DNA of 64,000 nt from an uncultured virus (IMG/VR IMGVR_UViG_3300028569_000010) (taxonomy: Duplodnaviria; Heunggongvirae; Uroviricota; Caudoviricetes), in the IMG/VR virus record IMGVR_UViG_3300028569_000010. The stretch is one strand, 5' to 3'. The notes below the pieces were generated by a model that was not told the DNA's origin, did not search any database, and worked only from the letters and a program-made list of their open reading frames with translations. Positions within the stretch are counted from its first letter, which is position 1, and the number at the start of each line of letters is the position of its first letter. Positions 29,801 to 40,000 of this stretch are shown here, one piece after another. The position numbers were made by a program, and so were the translations under genes.

Positions 29801-31632
29801 AAAAATTCTTTCCATCTCTCAAAAGAAACAATGGCAGATCTCAACTCCATTTCGGTAGCAATATAATAACTACCTACCCCATTGACGTTTAATGATGTTG
29901 TGTCTAATAATATTTGTTGATATGCGCCAAATCCTCTTGGTATTGTAACGGCAGAGTTTTCGCCAAAACCCAACATTCCATAGTATGGAAGAATTTGCTG
30001 CGTGATCATTTCATCGTGAGTATATTGTTTAGCTTGTAAAAGGTTTCTTTGCGCAGGAGATTGATAAGTATCTCTATCAGCAGCACCCGTAAAGAAATAC
30101 ATATTAACTTCATTGGCGCCAGCAACAAATTTTTCAGTTGTAACATCAGTCAATTCAAACCCAATATCTGAACTAGTTACTGTTTGTTTTTCTGAACATT
30201 TTCTCCTATCTTCGTCACTCAAGTTGCTGGCTTGACAATCGATAATTGATCCATCGTCACGATATACATTATCTAAGTTTCTAATATATTCAGAGATCTT
30301 TCCGTACTCTTGGGCTGGAGTTTTATCTATTGCGTCAATTCTTATTATTCCAGCTACAAGTTTTTTTGGATCATTACTTTGATAATATGTATTCCAAGCT
30401 TTTATATACTGATATTTTGGATGACCGTTTACTGGCAACAAAGTCACAAATAATTCGTGATTTACTATTTCGCAAATCTCTTGTATAAAATCTAACATAG
30501 AGACTTCTTCAAAATCAACATAATACATTCGTGGAATATATGCTGTAGGCAAGCTTCCAAAGTCTATAATATAATTATAGCCACGAAATCTAATAAAAGT
30601 TTCAAATCCATTATCTACATACTCTTGTGGCAAGTTACCAAAAAGTCTCATTTGTGCAGAAATACCATCTATTATTCTGTAGAATGGAATACCAACAGAT
30701 GAACGTCTAGACATTCCAGTTCCAGTGATTGGAAAATTTCTAGGTAAGCCATTATGAATATTAGAGTGATACCCATCTTTAAAATAGTTATCATACAAGC
30801 CGCTTACGGGAGATCCCATATACGTAAACTTACCAGTGTATTTACCATTATCTTGTACAAAGTATTTTGTTAATATGCCACTTTTAGTATAATTTTGATT
30901 AAGTTCATTGAGTAAAGATGTGCTAGGATTGTGTTCTAGGAAACCGTAAACATTAATCAAATTTTCTGTTTTATATGTGCCTTCCGCATAGTTATTTAAT
31001 ATAAGCTTTACGCTAGATAATATTTGTCTTGGATCAACAACATTTACATTGTATGTAAATCCATTAGTACCTCTATTTTGAGTCCAACCTTGTAATATTC
31101 CACCAAAAGCAAAATGATAACGTCCACTGGGTGAAGTTGGGGTAAAAGATAATCCTACGTCAGACATCCAATTATCCATATATGGTAATCCACTAGATTG
31201 CCACTGGAAAATATTTTCAGCTTCAACTAATCCCCCCTTACCAAATGTAAAAAACACAGGACTTCCAATTGGTGGTGGGTTAAATCTATCTCCATTGACT
31301 CCTGAGTGATATATATCTGCACCAGTGCCAAGTGGTGTATTATCAGATTTATTATATTCATCATTTATAACACTAACTGATAATTGTGAAGCTGTATCTC
31401 CATAACCAGCAGAAATAGAAAAATCTAATATTGTAGCTCCAAGAAAAGTTTGTTGTACATAAGAATTAGAATTTGCATTAGAAAAAGAAGATGGAAATGA
31501 GCCAGACTGTACAAATGCAGCATTTTTTGGAAGATCTCTTGCTCCACTAAATTGTGGATCTTGTCCAAAGTATCCAGAATCTGGAACTACAGAATAATTT
31601 CCTAATGGATAAGTTTTATTAAATTTTGTCAT
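26869..31632 (-). CDS. Putative tail-tip hub/central tail protein (1587 aa)
   Basis: N-terminal FSIS..SQLSVSV..FGGI..VNVVDPR and C-terminal VTSIDVSV..TTVKL followed by a coiled coil fit a hub-type layout; lies downstream of the tape measure. Confidence 0.5.
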   Translation of the reverse strand: MTKFNKTYPLGNYSVVPDSGYFGQDPQFSGARDLPKNAAFVQSGSFPSSFSNANSNSYVQQTFLGATILDFSISAGYGDTASQLSVSVINDEYNKSDNTPLGTGADIYHSGVNGDRFNPPPIGSPVFFTFGKGGLVEAENIFQWQSSGLPYMDNWMSDVGLSFTPTSPSGRYHFAFGGILQGWTQNRGTNGFTYNVNVVDPRQILSSVKLILNNYAEGTYKTENLINVYGFLEHNPSTSLLNELNQNYTKSGILTKYFVQDNGKYTGKFTYMGSPVSGLYDNYFKDGYHSNIHNGLPRNFPITGTGMSRRSSVGIPFYRIIDGISAQMRLFGNLPQEYVDNGFETFIRFRGYNYIIDFGSLPTAYIPRMYYVDFEEVSMLDFIQEICEIVNHELFVTLLPVNGHPKYQYIKAWNTYYQSNDPKKLVAGIIRIDAIDKTPAQEYGKISEYIRNLDNVYRDDGSIIDCQASNLSDEDRRKCSEKQTVTSSDIGFELTDVTTEKFVAGANEVNMYFFTGAADRDTYQSPAQRNLLQAKQYTHDEMITQQILPYYGMLGFGENSAVTIPRGFGAYQQILLDTTSLNVNGVGSYYIATEMELRSAIVSFERWKEFLLMYNNVYMESVEENDAIEGAALLATPKRGQINNPNLSNNYAVTVPRCVFESDRNYLEIDGLPASPCAPPYGYPLYYKRALKIGIPEGGLTNVISNLTQMTTDLAKMKQEVREDILQNSQLKGKNFQQQITWWNNAFNTMRGIGSTSFPKLQSTIDAAQSSFSMFYNSINTLNNDINNRISPEREHIALIDDAMTNASKMISILPRLARKQNDNAKKVYNFIKNIAEECLGKKFLVKIPVYANSYYQDKVEYTNTSNQHSITKGPFGFKPRQMNSSFEINGVRYQTFSPLSNLMSQCPPMKSYLTSGTYDAMPIVGLVKDGALKSNYQPISDTIEFNYIPSTEGGFFDFDLYDNVFSSNEMLYMMNNYPDKVPSGVRNLLVPQDLSPFISENGRVSAYVRFDWSNYLSLEGFSASDYTQQSVTTNGLLGGMMPDISNTLDNVGADFSFADSKGLQSGVDITNWTCTFVKCDLSDKFYMPPKVTKRKVKLFGRNVIDIGSFAPPRQLFNENTCEFENSFSYYLAHYIPSPTDMGTDFDMTEFNKIYEPIFSGNLIDTRKQNLDYNNAYVLITLPGRPIPLKDIRFRDAMYFSQNPVKMKHILTQDVIKDPSNIIGLQQPAFVKKPTNIIKDNCDEFSPNTLTQSFHMYKETMKGLTFGLPQRLHVAVPSPVYPDLVSLSLESKERCYGPWVTTLMNSGDLTPELAKQFGLSQYRNIGGKLEYIRDENLAPWNYTGHDLMNEAGRLKASFGNSLMLHSERGGFVYADAPSGISIGRALMEGGAYVTSIDVSVSTAGIQTTVKLDSYTAQWGKLDRQKEIQISQISRERQKLRDTKNQFIRRGIGKAQTSINYGNIVGSMEKSINDTMNRTKFKIGSTQSQTQDRYNTSSSSKANTQVINQEFYVGTTDNFGAVDEQQYHKESQDAVVEPENKYDIIATRNPQARNGAVKSQIVNNEYRLQQYLPDNDLANQQGWNTSIG

Positions 31633-31641
31633 TTATATATC

Positions 31642-31998
31642 CTATCTATTTCCACTGCCTATACCATTACCGCCACTACCAGTTGGAGTAGGCGGGTTTG
31701 GTGCCGTTGGAGGACTATAAATTCCGCTACCTAATCCGCCTACAGATCTGTAAAATTGATATCCTCTATTATTAAATATATTAGATACACTAGATGGCTT
31801 TACTGTATATTGAAAAGGCGATTTATCATTAATTAAATTAAATCCGTTACTATTTGTACCATATCCTAAATAGTTAGTAAACATAAATCCTTGACCTACT
31901 CTATTCAAAACATTTCCTTGATCTTTAAGACCACTAGCATTAAAATGATAATTACCACTAGATGCTTGATTATAAATTTCTTGTGCATTGCTAAACAT
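31642..31998 (-). CDS. Small G/S/N-rich hypothetical protein
   Basis: 118-aa ORF filling the gap between tail genes; Pro/Gly-rich tail. Confidence 0.6.
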   Translation of the reverse strand: MFSNAQEIYNQASSGNYHFNASGLKDQGNVLNRVGQGFMFTNYLGYGTNSNGFNLINDKSPFQYTVKPSSVSNIFNNRGYQFYRSVGGLGSGIYSPPTAPNPPTPTGSGGNGIGSGNR

Positions 31999-32003
31999 AT
32001 AAA

Positions 32004-32312
32004 TTATCCAAAAATATTTGACATACTAGTACCGCTAGGGCTACTTTTAAAATTAATACCACTAGTATAAATTGGAAAAAAAACTTCATTGCCATTCCTT
32101 AAAGCGTCTAGATTACCATATCTTTCTTTGCCAACTACATTTTCATCCCACCCGCTAGGAAAAACTGTAATATATGACGTTCCACCTCTATTAATTTGTT
32201 CTTGTAAAGAGTCTGCAAAGTGTGCATAGCCACTTGGAAGAACGTAACCATATATGCCACTTTTAGGATATTTATTTGGATCATTAGCAAAGTGACTTGG
32301 ATTATTGGCCAT
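32004..32312 (-). CDS. Small hypothetical protein
   Basis: 102-aa ORF tightly packed in the tail operon; 5 SG dipeptides. Confidence 0.6.
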   Translation of the reverse strand: MANNPSHFANDPNKYPKSGIYGYVLPSGYAHFADSLQEQINRGGTSYITVFPSGWDENVVGKERYGNLDALRNGNEVFFPIYTSGINFKSSPSGTSMSNIFG

Positions 32313-32313
32313 A

Positions 32314-34086
32314 TTATTTATCCAATTCGTATGTCCAACTAAGATTAAGTGAATAGCGCCCCTCTTTAGGCGACCACGTTTCTGTAGTTGGATTCATAAA
32401 ATATTTTCTTATTCCAGGTTCAGACATCGGAGAAACTCCACTAATAAAATTAACAATTTGTGCGCGATATGGTTCATAGAGTATAGGTTTTTTTAAAGCC
32501 GCAAATCTACTAGCGTTTGCTTGTCCACTTGGGTAATAAGTGTCGTAATAATCTAAAACAAATTCAAGAGATACATCTCTTCTGTACTCTGTTCTAGTTC
32601 CCATAGATTGAAAGATTGGGCCTTGCTTGCGACCAATCACTGGTATCGTGGCGTAAACGTCGCCTGGATATGTATCATTTATGGAAACGGATTCGTGGGA
32701 AACGCCTGAAATAAAGTTGGTAGGACGATTATCAAACTCTACAGTATAATCTATAGTTCCTTGAATTTTATTTAATCCTATAGATATATTTTTAGGTTGA
32801 GAATTAAGAGCTACTCCTACTGCACTGTTAGCTCTTTTATAAATTGATGAACTAATACCAAAAATACCACTACCACTAATTTTACCCCAATGCTTGATTG
32901 CCATATCATATTTGCCACTTTCGCCAATTGCTGGGCGATAATCTCCAGATGGCCTTTGTGATAATCCTTGTACGCTTCCATTAATAGATACATTTAAGAA
33001 AGGGCTTTGGTGATCGCTAGTCACTTGCATAGTATATGTTTCCATAGCTCCACTATTAGAGCCACCAGAACATACTAAAAATGTTTCAGATAAAGAATAA
33101 GATCCTTCTGTAACACTAAAATTTTCACTAACTGTATGATTAAAATAATCACCGCTAGATAAAGATGAAATAAAATAACCTTTACCTAAATTACTAGAAT
33201 TAGTATAAAAATCCATCAAACTTTTAGTTGGGGCATTTACACCGCCAGATCCTAAAAGATATTCTTTTACAAAATCTTTAGCAATTATCCAGCCAGCAAT
33301 ATTAGCATTGTCAAAATATGCAGTTCTTCCTGTAGCAGATAAATTTCTTGTTACTCTATAAGTTGGCGCTTTAATGAATCCATAATCATCTATACTAAAA
33401 AATTGATCATCTTCTTCAACTGACCAATCTTCAGAGAAATCCTCTATATAAGCCCCACTAACATATCCGCGATCTGTTGACAAACCACTAGATCCATGTA
33501 AAAATGTAAAGTTTGTTGGAGAAAGTCCAGATGCGTGGGCGTCTGGATGATTAGAAGGCAAGCCAAGAGGATAATTAGCATTTCCAAACTGATTATGATA
33601 TAAAACATATGTGGTTAGTTCAATAGTATATTTACAAGTATCAAACCATATACCTTCTTCAAAATTAATAGAGTCTACTACACAATGACAACTTATAGCT
33701 GGATTGCCACCAGTATCATAGGTGTGGTATACTTTTAAGTGTAAACCGTCTGTTGCAAATAGCTCCCTTAATCCCCTTTGTTGTACTAATATGGCCCCTA
33801 ATCTTTTATCTGGATCTACATTAAATCTGCTTGGCCCTTTGTGATCCCAAGTACCATTAGTATATTCTGAATAATTTGAGCCTGTATACCACGCTGGATT
33901 TGAATCTATCAAACCACTACCAGAGGGAGTTCCTTTACCAGCAATTAAAGTCCCATTAAGTACAATCTTATATGAATTACCAAACCTAACAGAACTAGTT
34001 CTATTATTTTGCTGAGTAATAGTTATAAGTGGCGTTGGCCTTATAAAATACTCTGCACCCAATTTTGCTCCACTTACAGATATCAT
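32314..34086 (-). CDS. Putative tail-tip (distal-tail-like) structural protein
   Basis: Beta-rich 590 aa with repeated 'S.s.n...G...Y..tf' strands; located in the tail block. Confidence 0.5.
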   Translation of the reverse strand: MISVSGAKLGAEYFIRPTPLITITQQNNRTSSVRFGNSYKIVLNGTLIAGKGTPSGSGLIDSNPAWYTGSNYSEYTNGTWDHKGPSRFNVDPDKRLGAILVQQRGLRELFATDGLHLKVYHTYDTGGNPAISCHCVVDSINFEEGIWFDTCKYTIELTTYVLYHNQFGNANYPLGLPSNHPDAHASGLSPTNFTFLHGSSGLSTDRGYVSGAYIEDFSEDWSVEEDDQFFSIDDYGFIKAPTYRVTRNLSATGRTAYFDNANIAGWIIAKDFVKEYLLGSGGVNAPTKSLMDFYTNSSNLGKGYFISSLSSGDYFNHTVSENFSVTEGSYSLSETFLVCSGGSNSGAMETYTMQVTSDHQSPFLNVSINGSVQGLSQRPSGDYRPAIGESGKYDMAIKHWGKISGSGIFGISSSIYKRANSAVGVALNSQPKNISIGLNKIQGTIDYTVEFDNRPTNFISGVSHESVSINDTYPGDVYATIPVIGRKQGPIFQSMGTRTEYRRDVSLEFVLDYYDTYYPSGQANASRFAALKKPILYEPYRAQIVNFISGVSPMSEPGIRKYFMNPTTETWSPKEGRYSLNLSWTYELDK

Positions 34087-34089
34087 ATA

Positions 34090-37000
34090 TTATTTACCTT
34101 GTCCTCTAAGTAATAAAGTGGATGGCAACAGTCCTTGTCCACTAGTGTAAATATTAAGTGAATTATTAATTCCAGAAATAGTACCAGCATTATTAAATAA
34201 ATTCAACGATCTTGTGCCGCTACTAATAATACTACCTGTATAAAAATCCAATGTATTATACACATATGCACTTGAAGGTGCTACTACTTGTAGTAACATA
34301 TAACCGCTACTTTTGATATGCTGATCTGGTCCAGCATTAAACAATGCAATACCGTTTTCTATCTTAGAACCCTGTAATAACTGTCCATAAACGCTTTCTA
34401 TATATGGTCTATTTTCTATATTTCCATATTGATTTCCATCTAGCCCAGACCCCTCAAGGTAAAGCTCTCCTTCACTATTTGTAAACACAATTCCCGTAGA
34501 AATAACTTCTATATTAGATTTATCGTATTTAGACTTATCGACATCTATAACAACTTCGGATAAGTCCTTATCATCAGAAAATATTTTTGCGTTAAGCCAC
34601 ATGTTTTTATTACTAATGGCTGGAGGTTGATTTCTAATCATACCATCATATATGTGGATAGAGCCAGCTTTATCTATACCTGAACTTGAAACATTTAATC
34701 CGTACTTATGAGATGGGGCAGAAATAATGGCATTATATTTTGCGTCTACTCTATCTACTCTTTCAATTGCTACAGAATTTCCAAACATATTGTTTTCTGA
34801 ATAATTTTGTAGATTAGAATTGTAGCCTTGTGGTACTAATTTTTCTTTTAGTGTCCAACTTTGTGTTTTAAATTGCCAATTGTTGATCTCATTTTCGTAA
34901 CTAAAAACAGCGCCCCTATTCAAGACGGGTGTACCGCTATACAAAATCCTATTTTGAGATGAACCCAAATCAGTGACCTTATGTAGTGGTATGTTGAATT
35001 GAAAATCAAATTCTTTTCTTATAAATGCAGTTCCACTATTATATATATCTTCTACATAATTTGAAAAATCATGGAATGGAGCGCCAACCAAAAGCATATC
35101 TCCATCTATATCTAATGAAGCTCCAAATTTGTCGGGATGTAAGCTACTACTAAATAGTAATCCAGACGAATAGTTATGAGTCCCAATAGTACTCAAGGAG
35201 CTTTGATAGTTAGTAATATCCTGACCAGCATTAATAGTTTGTGGTCTTAGCTTTTGCTTAAAACTCCAACGGCTTGCTTGACCAATTTCATTTACTCCAC
35301 TATTATCATTCTCATAAATATATACGACACCAGCGCCACCATATTTACTTAACTGTAAATTAGAACTATTACCAGAACTCCAATTATAAACTGAGTTTTC
35401 ATTGCTAAATCCAGCAAATGGAGATCCAACTACTAATTTATTTTTATAAAGAGCTATAGAATAACCAAATAAATCTCCAACAAATCCAGAAAAGAGAATA
35501 TCATTATGCTCTATGTCAATAAAATCTTTCCCTAGTTTGCTGACAGTCCTTGGTATTTTACCGTTTATACTATCAGAGTACTGAGATCGATCTACGATTT
35601 GTTTCCTACCATCTGGCCCCTCAAAGACTACGCCAGACGCACCCCATCTTATGTAACTATTATTATTAACAATGTCACCGTAAAAATTTTCTAGATCTTC
35701 TTGTTCTTTTCCAGACTTTTGTTTTCTCTGGACAGAGCCTGGATTTATAGATGATAAATTTGTTGAATATTGATTTAAAATTAAAGTATTTTTTGTAGTA
35801 CTTCCACCGAAAGCACTATGTAAGCCTGTTAGACCACTAGCATGAAAGTATCTTACAGGACTTCCACGTTCTGGAGATATAATCTTAGAACTAATATTGA
35901 ATCTTTTCCCACCACGTTGAGTAAGTTCCGCTGGTGCGTTGTTTGGATATAGACTAGAAATAAAATTTATAACGTTGGATTTAATTAATCCATTATTCAA
36001 AGTGCATGAACCTTGAACAAGACTTTTATCACTGATTAGAATAATATTAGATCTCTTATGACCATTAAAAAATACAGAAAAATGCTCTTCTTCTTGAGCA
36101 GCTACTACCGGACCATCCTCTATCTCTTTATTGGAACAACTAATAGTAGAAATTAAAGATGGTGAATCTAAATACCCTCCTTCATTAAAGTCAAAATTTT
36201 TCTTTATCTCATACTTATCACAGTAGAAAATGAAGCTTTCTGGTGCTGGCAGACCATTAGGAGATCTTGGAGGCTCATAAAATTCACTAACAAGACCATT
36301 AGCATTGTTATAAGCACAAATGTCTTCACAATATTTTGTATTGTTATTCATTATGGGTCTAAGTTTGGCTGGTATTGTTACTGAATATTCTGCCCTTCCA
36401 CCGTATGTCATTAACCATTGTTGACCCACAATTTCTGTTATAAATGATGTTCTAGGTATTCTTCTTACAAATGACGCATTCCCTATTGGATGAAACACTC
36501 CAGAAATAGAAACTATTCTATGTGTGTGTGGTACGTAATTAGTACTATTTAATAGTCCAATGTTACCGTTACGTGTATCAAAATTTATTCTTATGAAATC
36601 ATTTCTTGCTCTACCAGTAAAAGTGCTTGTTTGTAATAAAGATCTACCAGAATTGCTTAAACTAGTATTAAAAGATATTTGATTACCTTCATCGTCTGGA
36701 TTAGGATCTGGATTATTTGAAAAATTTGGAGAATATATATTGATAGGTAATATTTCATTTTCAAATTCTGATATATAATTAATAAAGATAGTATATCCAC
36801 TGTTTTGAATAACTGGTATGTCAATACTAGCACTACCATCTATTTCCCATATTGCTGGAACATCAATAAATTCATTGTCATGTATTGGAAATGGACGAGT
36901 AATTACATCTTTTACTGTGTCTTTAGTTTGATAGTAGTATTTGCCTTGTATTGGCGTAAATGGTGAGTGTCCGAAGCCAGCATCAAATAATGAGTCTGGA

Positions 37001-40000
37001 TAAAAACTATCTATTGCAATAGTTTCATTATTTAGAGAAGATAAACAAGATTTGATGACACTGCTATCATTATTAAATCTAGGTATATCATCATTTTCTC
37101 CAGCATTTAGTCTATCATAAGAGCTAGCAAATCTACCAGCAGCATTCAAGTAAACTGGTTGAGTGTTTATATTTAACTTGTTTGAAAGATTTCTCACCGC
37201 TAATGCAGAAGCTGAACTATCATCAAATGTAACAATAAGTTTTTTGCCACCTAGATTTAACCAGTTTTTAATATTTACTATATCCAAATCAGAAGGTTGC
37301 GCATTCTTAGTGTTTGGTATCCAGCAAACATTAATATAACTAGGTATTTCACCAGTAAATACTTGAACGTCTGCTTGTATGCTATCAATATCAAAGAAAA
37401 GTTCAGCTAAGAATGATTCAATGTATCCATCTTTAAAAGAAGATCTACCCGTCCACCCACCTATAATCCCTATAATTGATGGTGTTATACACTGATAATC
37501 ATTTTTTCTTAACTTAGATACATCTGATTCATTTACTGTAATAAGATTAGTATAAAATTGAATATTAATGTCTTGACTACCACCTAATAAATTATTCTTA
37601 CTTTCGGATAATACGGTGGCTAATAATGCAACCTGTGAGTTATGACCAACGTCATCTGGCGTAGTATATATTTCTTCTGCACATAACACTTGCCTATCTG
37701 CAATTTGTCTTGGTCTTAATACTGGATCAAACTGCCTAATATCTGCCTTACCTTGAATAATTGGATCAAATCTATCACTTGGTAATGGATCAAAAAAGTC
37801 GCCATTATAAATTATTGACCCACTTTGAAAGTTATACAGAAATTGGATTTGATTATTGTAATCTTTTACGTTTTCAGCATCCCAATAATAAACTGTATTA
37901 TTTTCTATTAAATCTGGTAATTGCACAGTTCTTGTTTGATATATTGGAAACAAACCTGACTCAGCAGGCTCTGCTGGATAAAATAAAGTATACGGTTGTG
38001 TGTATTCACCGGCTACTAATAATGGTCTAGGTTCTTGATTAGGTAAATTATAAATAGAAGAATATTTCCAAGGATTATTGAAACTACTGTCTGAAGTATA
38101 ATCAGATGGTTTATATGATTTAAAAAGTCTTGCCCAATTAATAGTTGCTCCATTAAGTTTCTTTCTACCTCTTCTATCCTTAGATTCATATTTGACACTA
38201 AAAGAAGCTCTCAAATCCCCATTGTGAGCTAGTGGTAATTGACATCTATCGTTAAAAAAATCACAAAATGGCATATACAAAGTTTTATGATTTGGTACAT
38301 GCATTCTAATATCTGCTGCGCCATATCCAGTAAAATTTTGTCTATAATTTACAGTAGTTGGAGTAATATCTACTGGTTGAAATGATGGTAAAATATTAAT
38401 TTGATTACAATTATTATTTTCAGCTAATGCTTCATATTTATTTTTTGCTGGATGTAATCTCATTCTAGAATCTAATTTACTTAGAATTTTATTAATGATT
38501 TCATTAGATTGAAAATATTTACCATTATCTTCATAGATAGGATCGTTGCCGACTAAAACAAGAGTTCTATCACCTAGAGATAACCAATCTTTGATATTAG
38601 ATATTATTTCATCACTAGCGGCATCTAAGCTCGGAGTTGTAATAAATGCAAGTCCAGCATCTTTTGGTATTTCAATTTCGGAAAATTCTAATTTTTTATA
38701 ACTTGGAGTATTCAATCCACCATTAAAAATATTACCTAAAATTTCTATATCTCCAGACTCTTCACCAACATTACCAAAACGACTGAATGATACAACTTTG
38801 TTATGACTATAATAATTTCTAGATTGGAAAACTCTTACAGATCCAGCGTATTGTTCTGATGGAAACAATCCACTTTGGTTACTTGTATTTAAAGCTCCAT
38901 ACCATAGATCTGTATCGTCAAATCTATTTAAGCTATCTGTAGGAGATCCAAAAGCTATGACGCTGCCATCTTCATTAATAGCAGTACTCCAACCTAATCT
39001 GCACGTATTTATTTGTCCTAATACCCAACCTTTATATTCACCACCAGTATATGGAATATCATCATAATTATAGATAAAATTAGTTTTGTACTCTTTAGGC
39101 AAATTGCCGCCCCAAAAAGTAGTATCTTGCCTATAATCAAATTTTTCTTTTTGTGATAGCTTTCCGTATGTGTGAAAACCTTTGTTGTACTGATTGCCAG
39201 AAGTGGCATTATAAATATTTAGTAGATTGATTTTATTTCTATAGTTTAACCATGAACCTAAAGTATTATATATAGTATCTTTTACTTCTGGATCATATAC
39301 TAACATATGACAAGCTTCATTAACATATGGAGATCCAATCAAGACATTTAATGAGTCATCACTAATACTAACAGATTTACCAAATCCATTATATTTAAAA
39401 TCAGATGTATTTTTTAACTCTTGTACAATATTCCAAGAGCCGCTCTCTTTTTCAAATACGTAAACTCTGCCACCGAGACTTGGAGTAAAATTAAACTCTT
39501 GTAAATTAGTATTTATAGAACCTAATCCAAATGACTCAGCAAATAAGAATGTTTCATTATTATTTGAAATTCTACCAGTGTCTAATAAATTATTGAGTAT
39601 AATTTTAGACATAACTTTCCAATCTTCAGCAAGATTAAATGATGGGAAAAATTCATAAACATTACCACTAGTGGGCGTATTGTAAAAATTAGTTAATCCA
39701 CTAGCATAACTATATTCACGATACCAATTACTGAAATTAGTAATAAGTGGCTCTACAGCTTTTCTATTCAATGATTTACTATTATCACAATAAATTCCAA
39801 TAGTTATAGGTATATTGTTATGAACTTCCTGGTCATTTGGAGGAAAAGCTTCTAGGAATACATCAATTGTTCTTCTTAACATATCTTCATCAATAGATTG
39901 CTTATTAGATAAATATGCTTTAGTATTAGATCTAGGAATTAATGTTTGATATAGATAATTTCCCCTAGTATAATTATCATAATAGATATTTGAAAAAGAT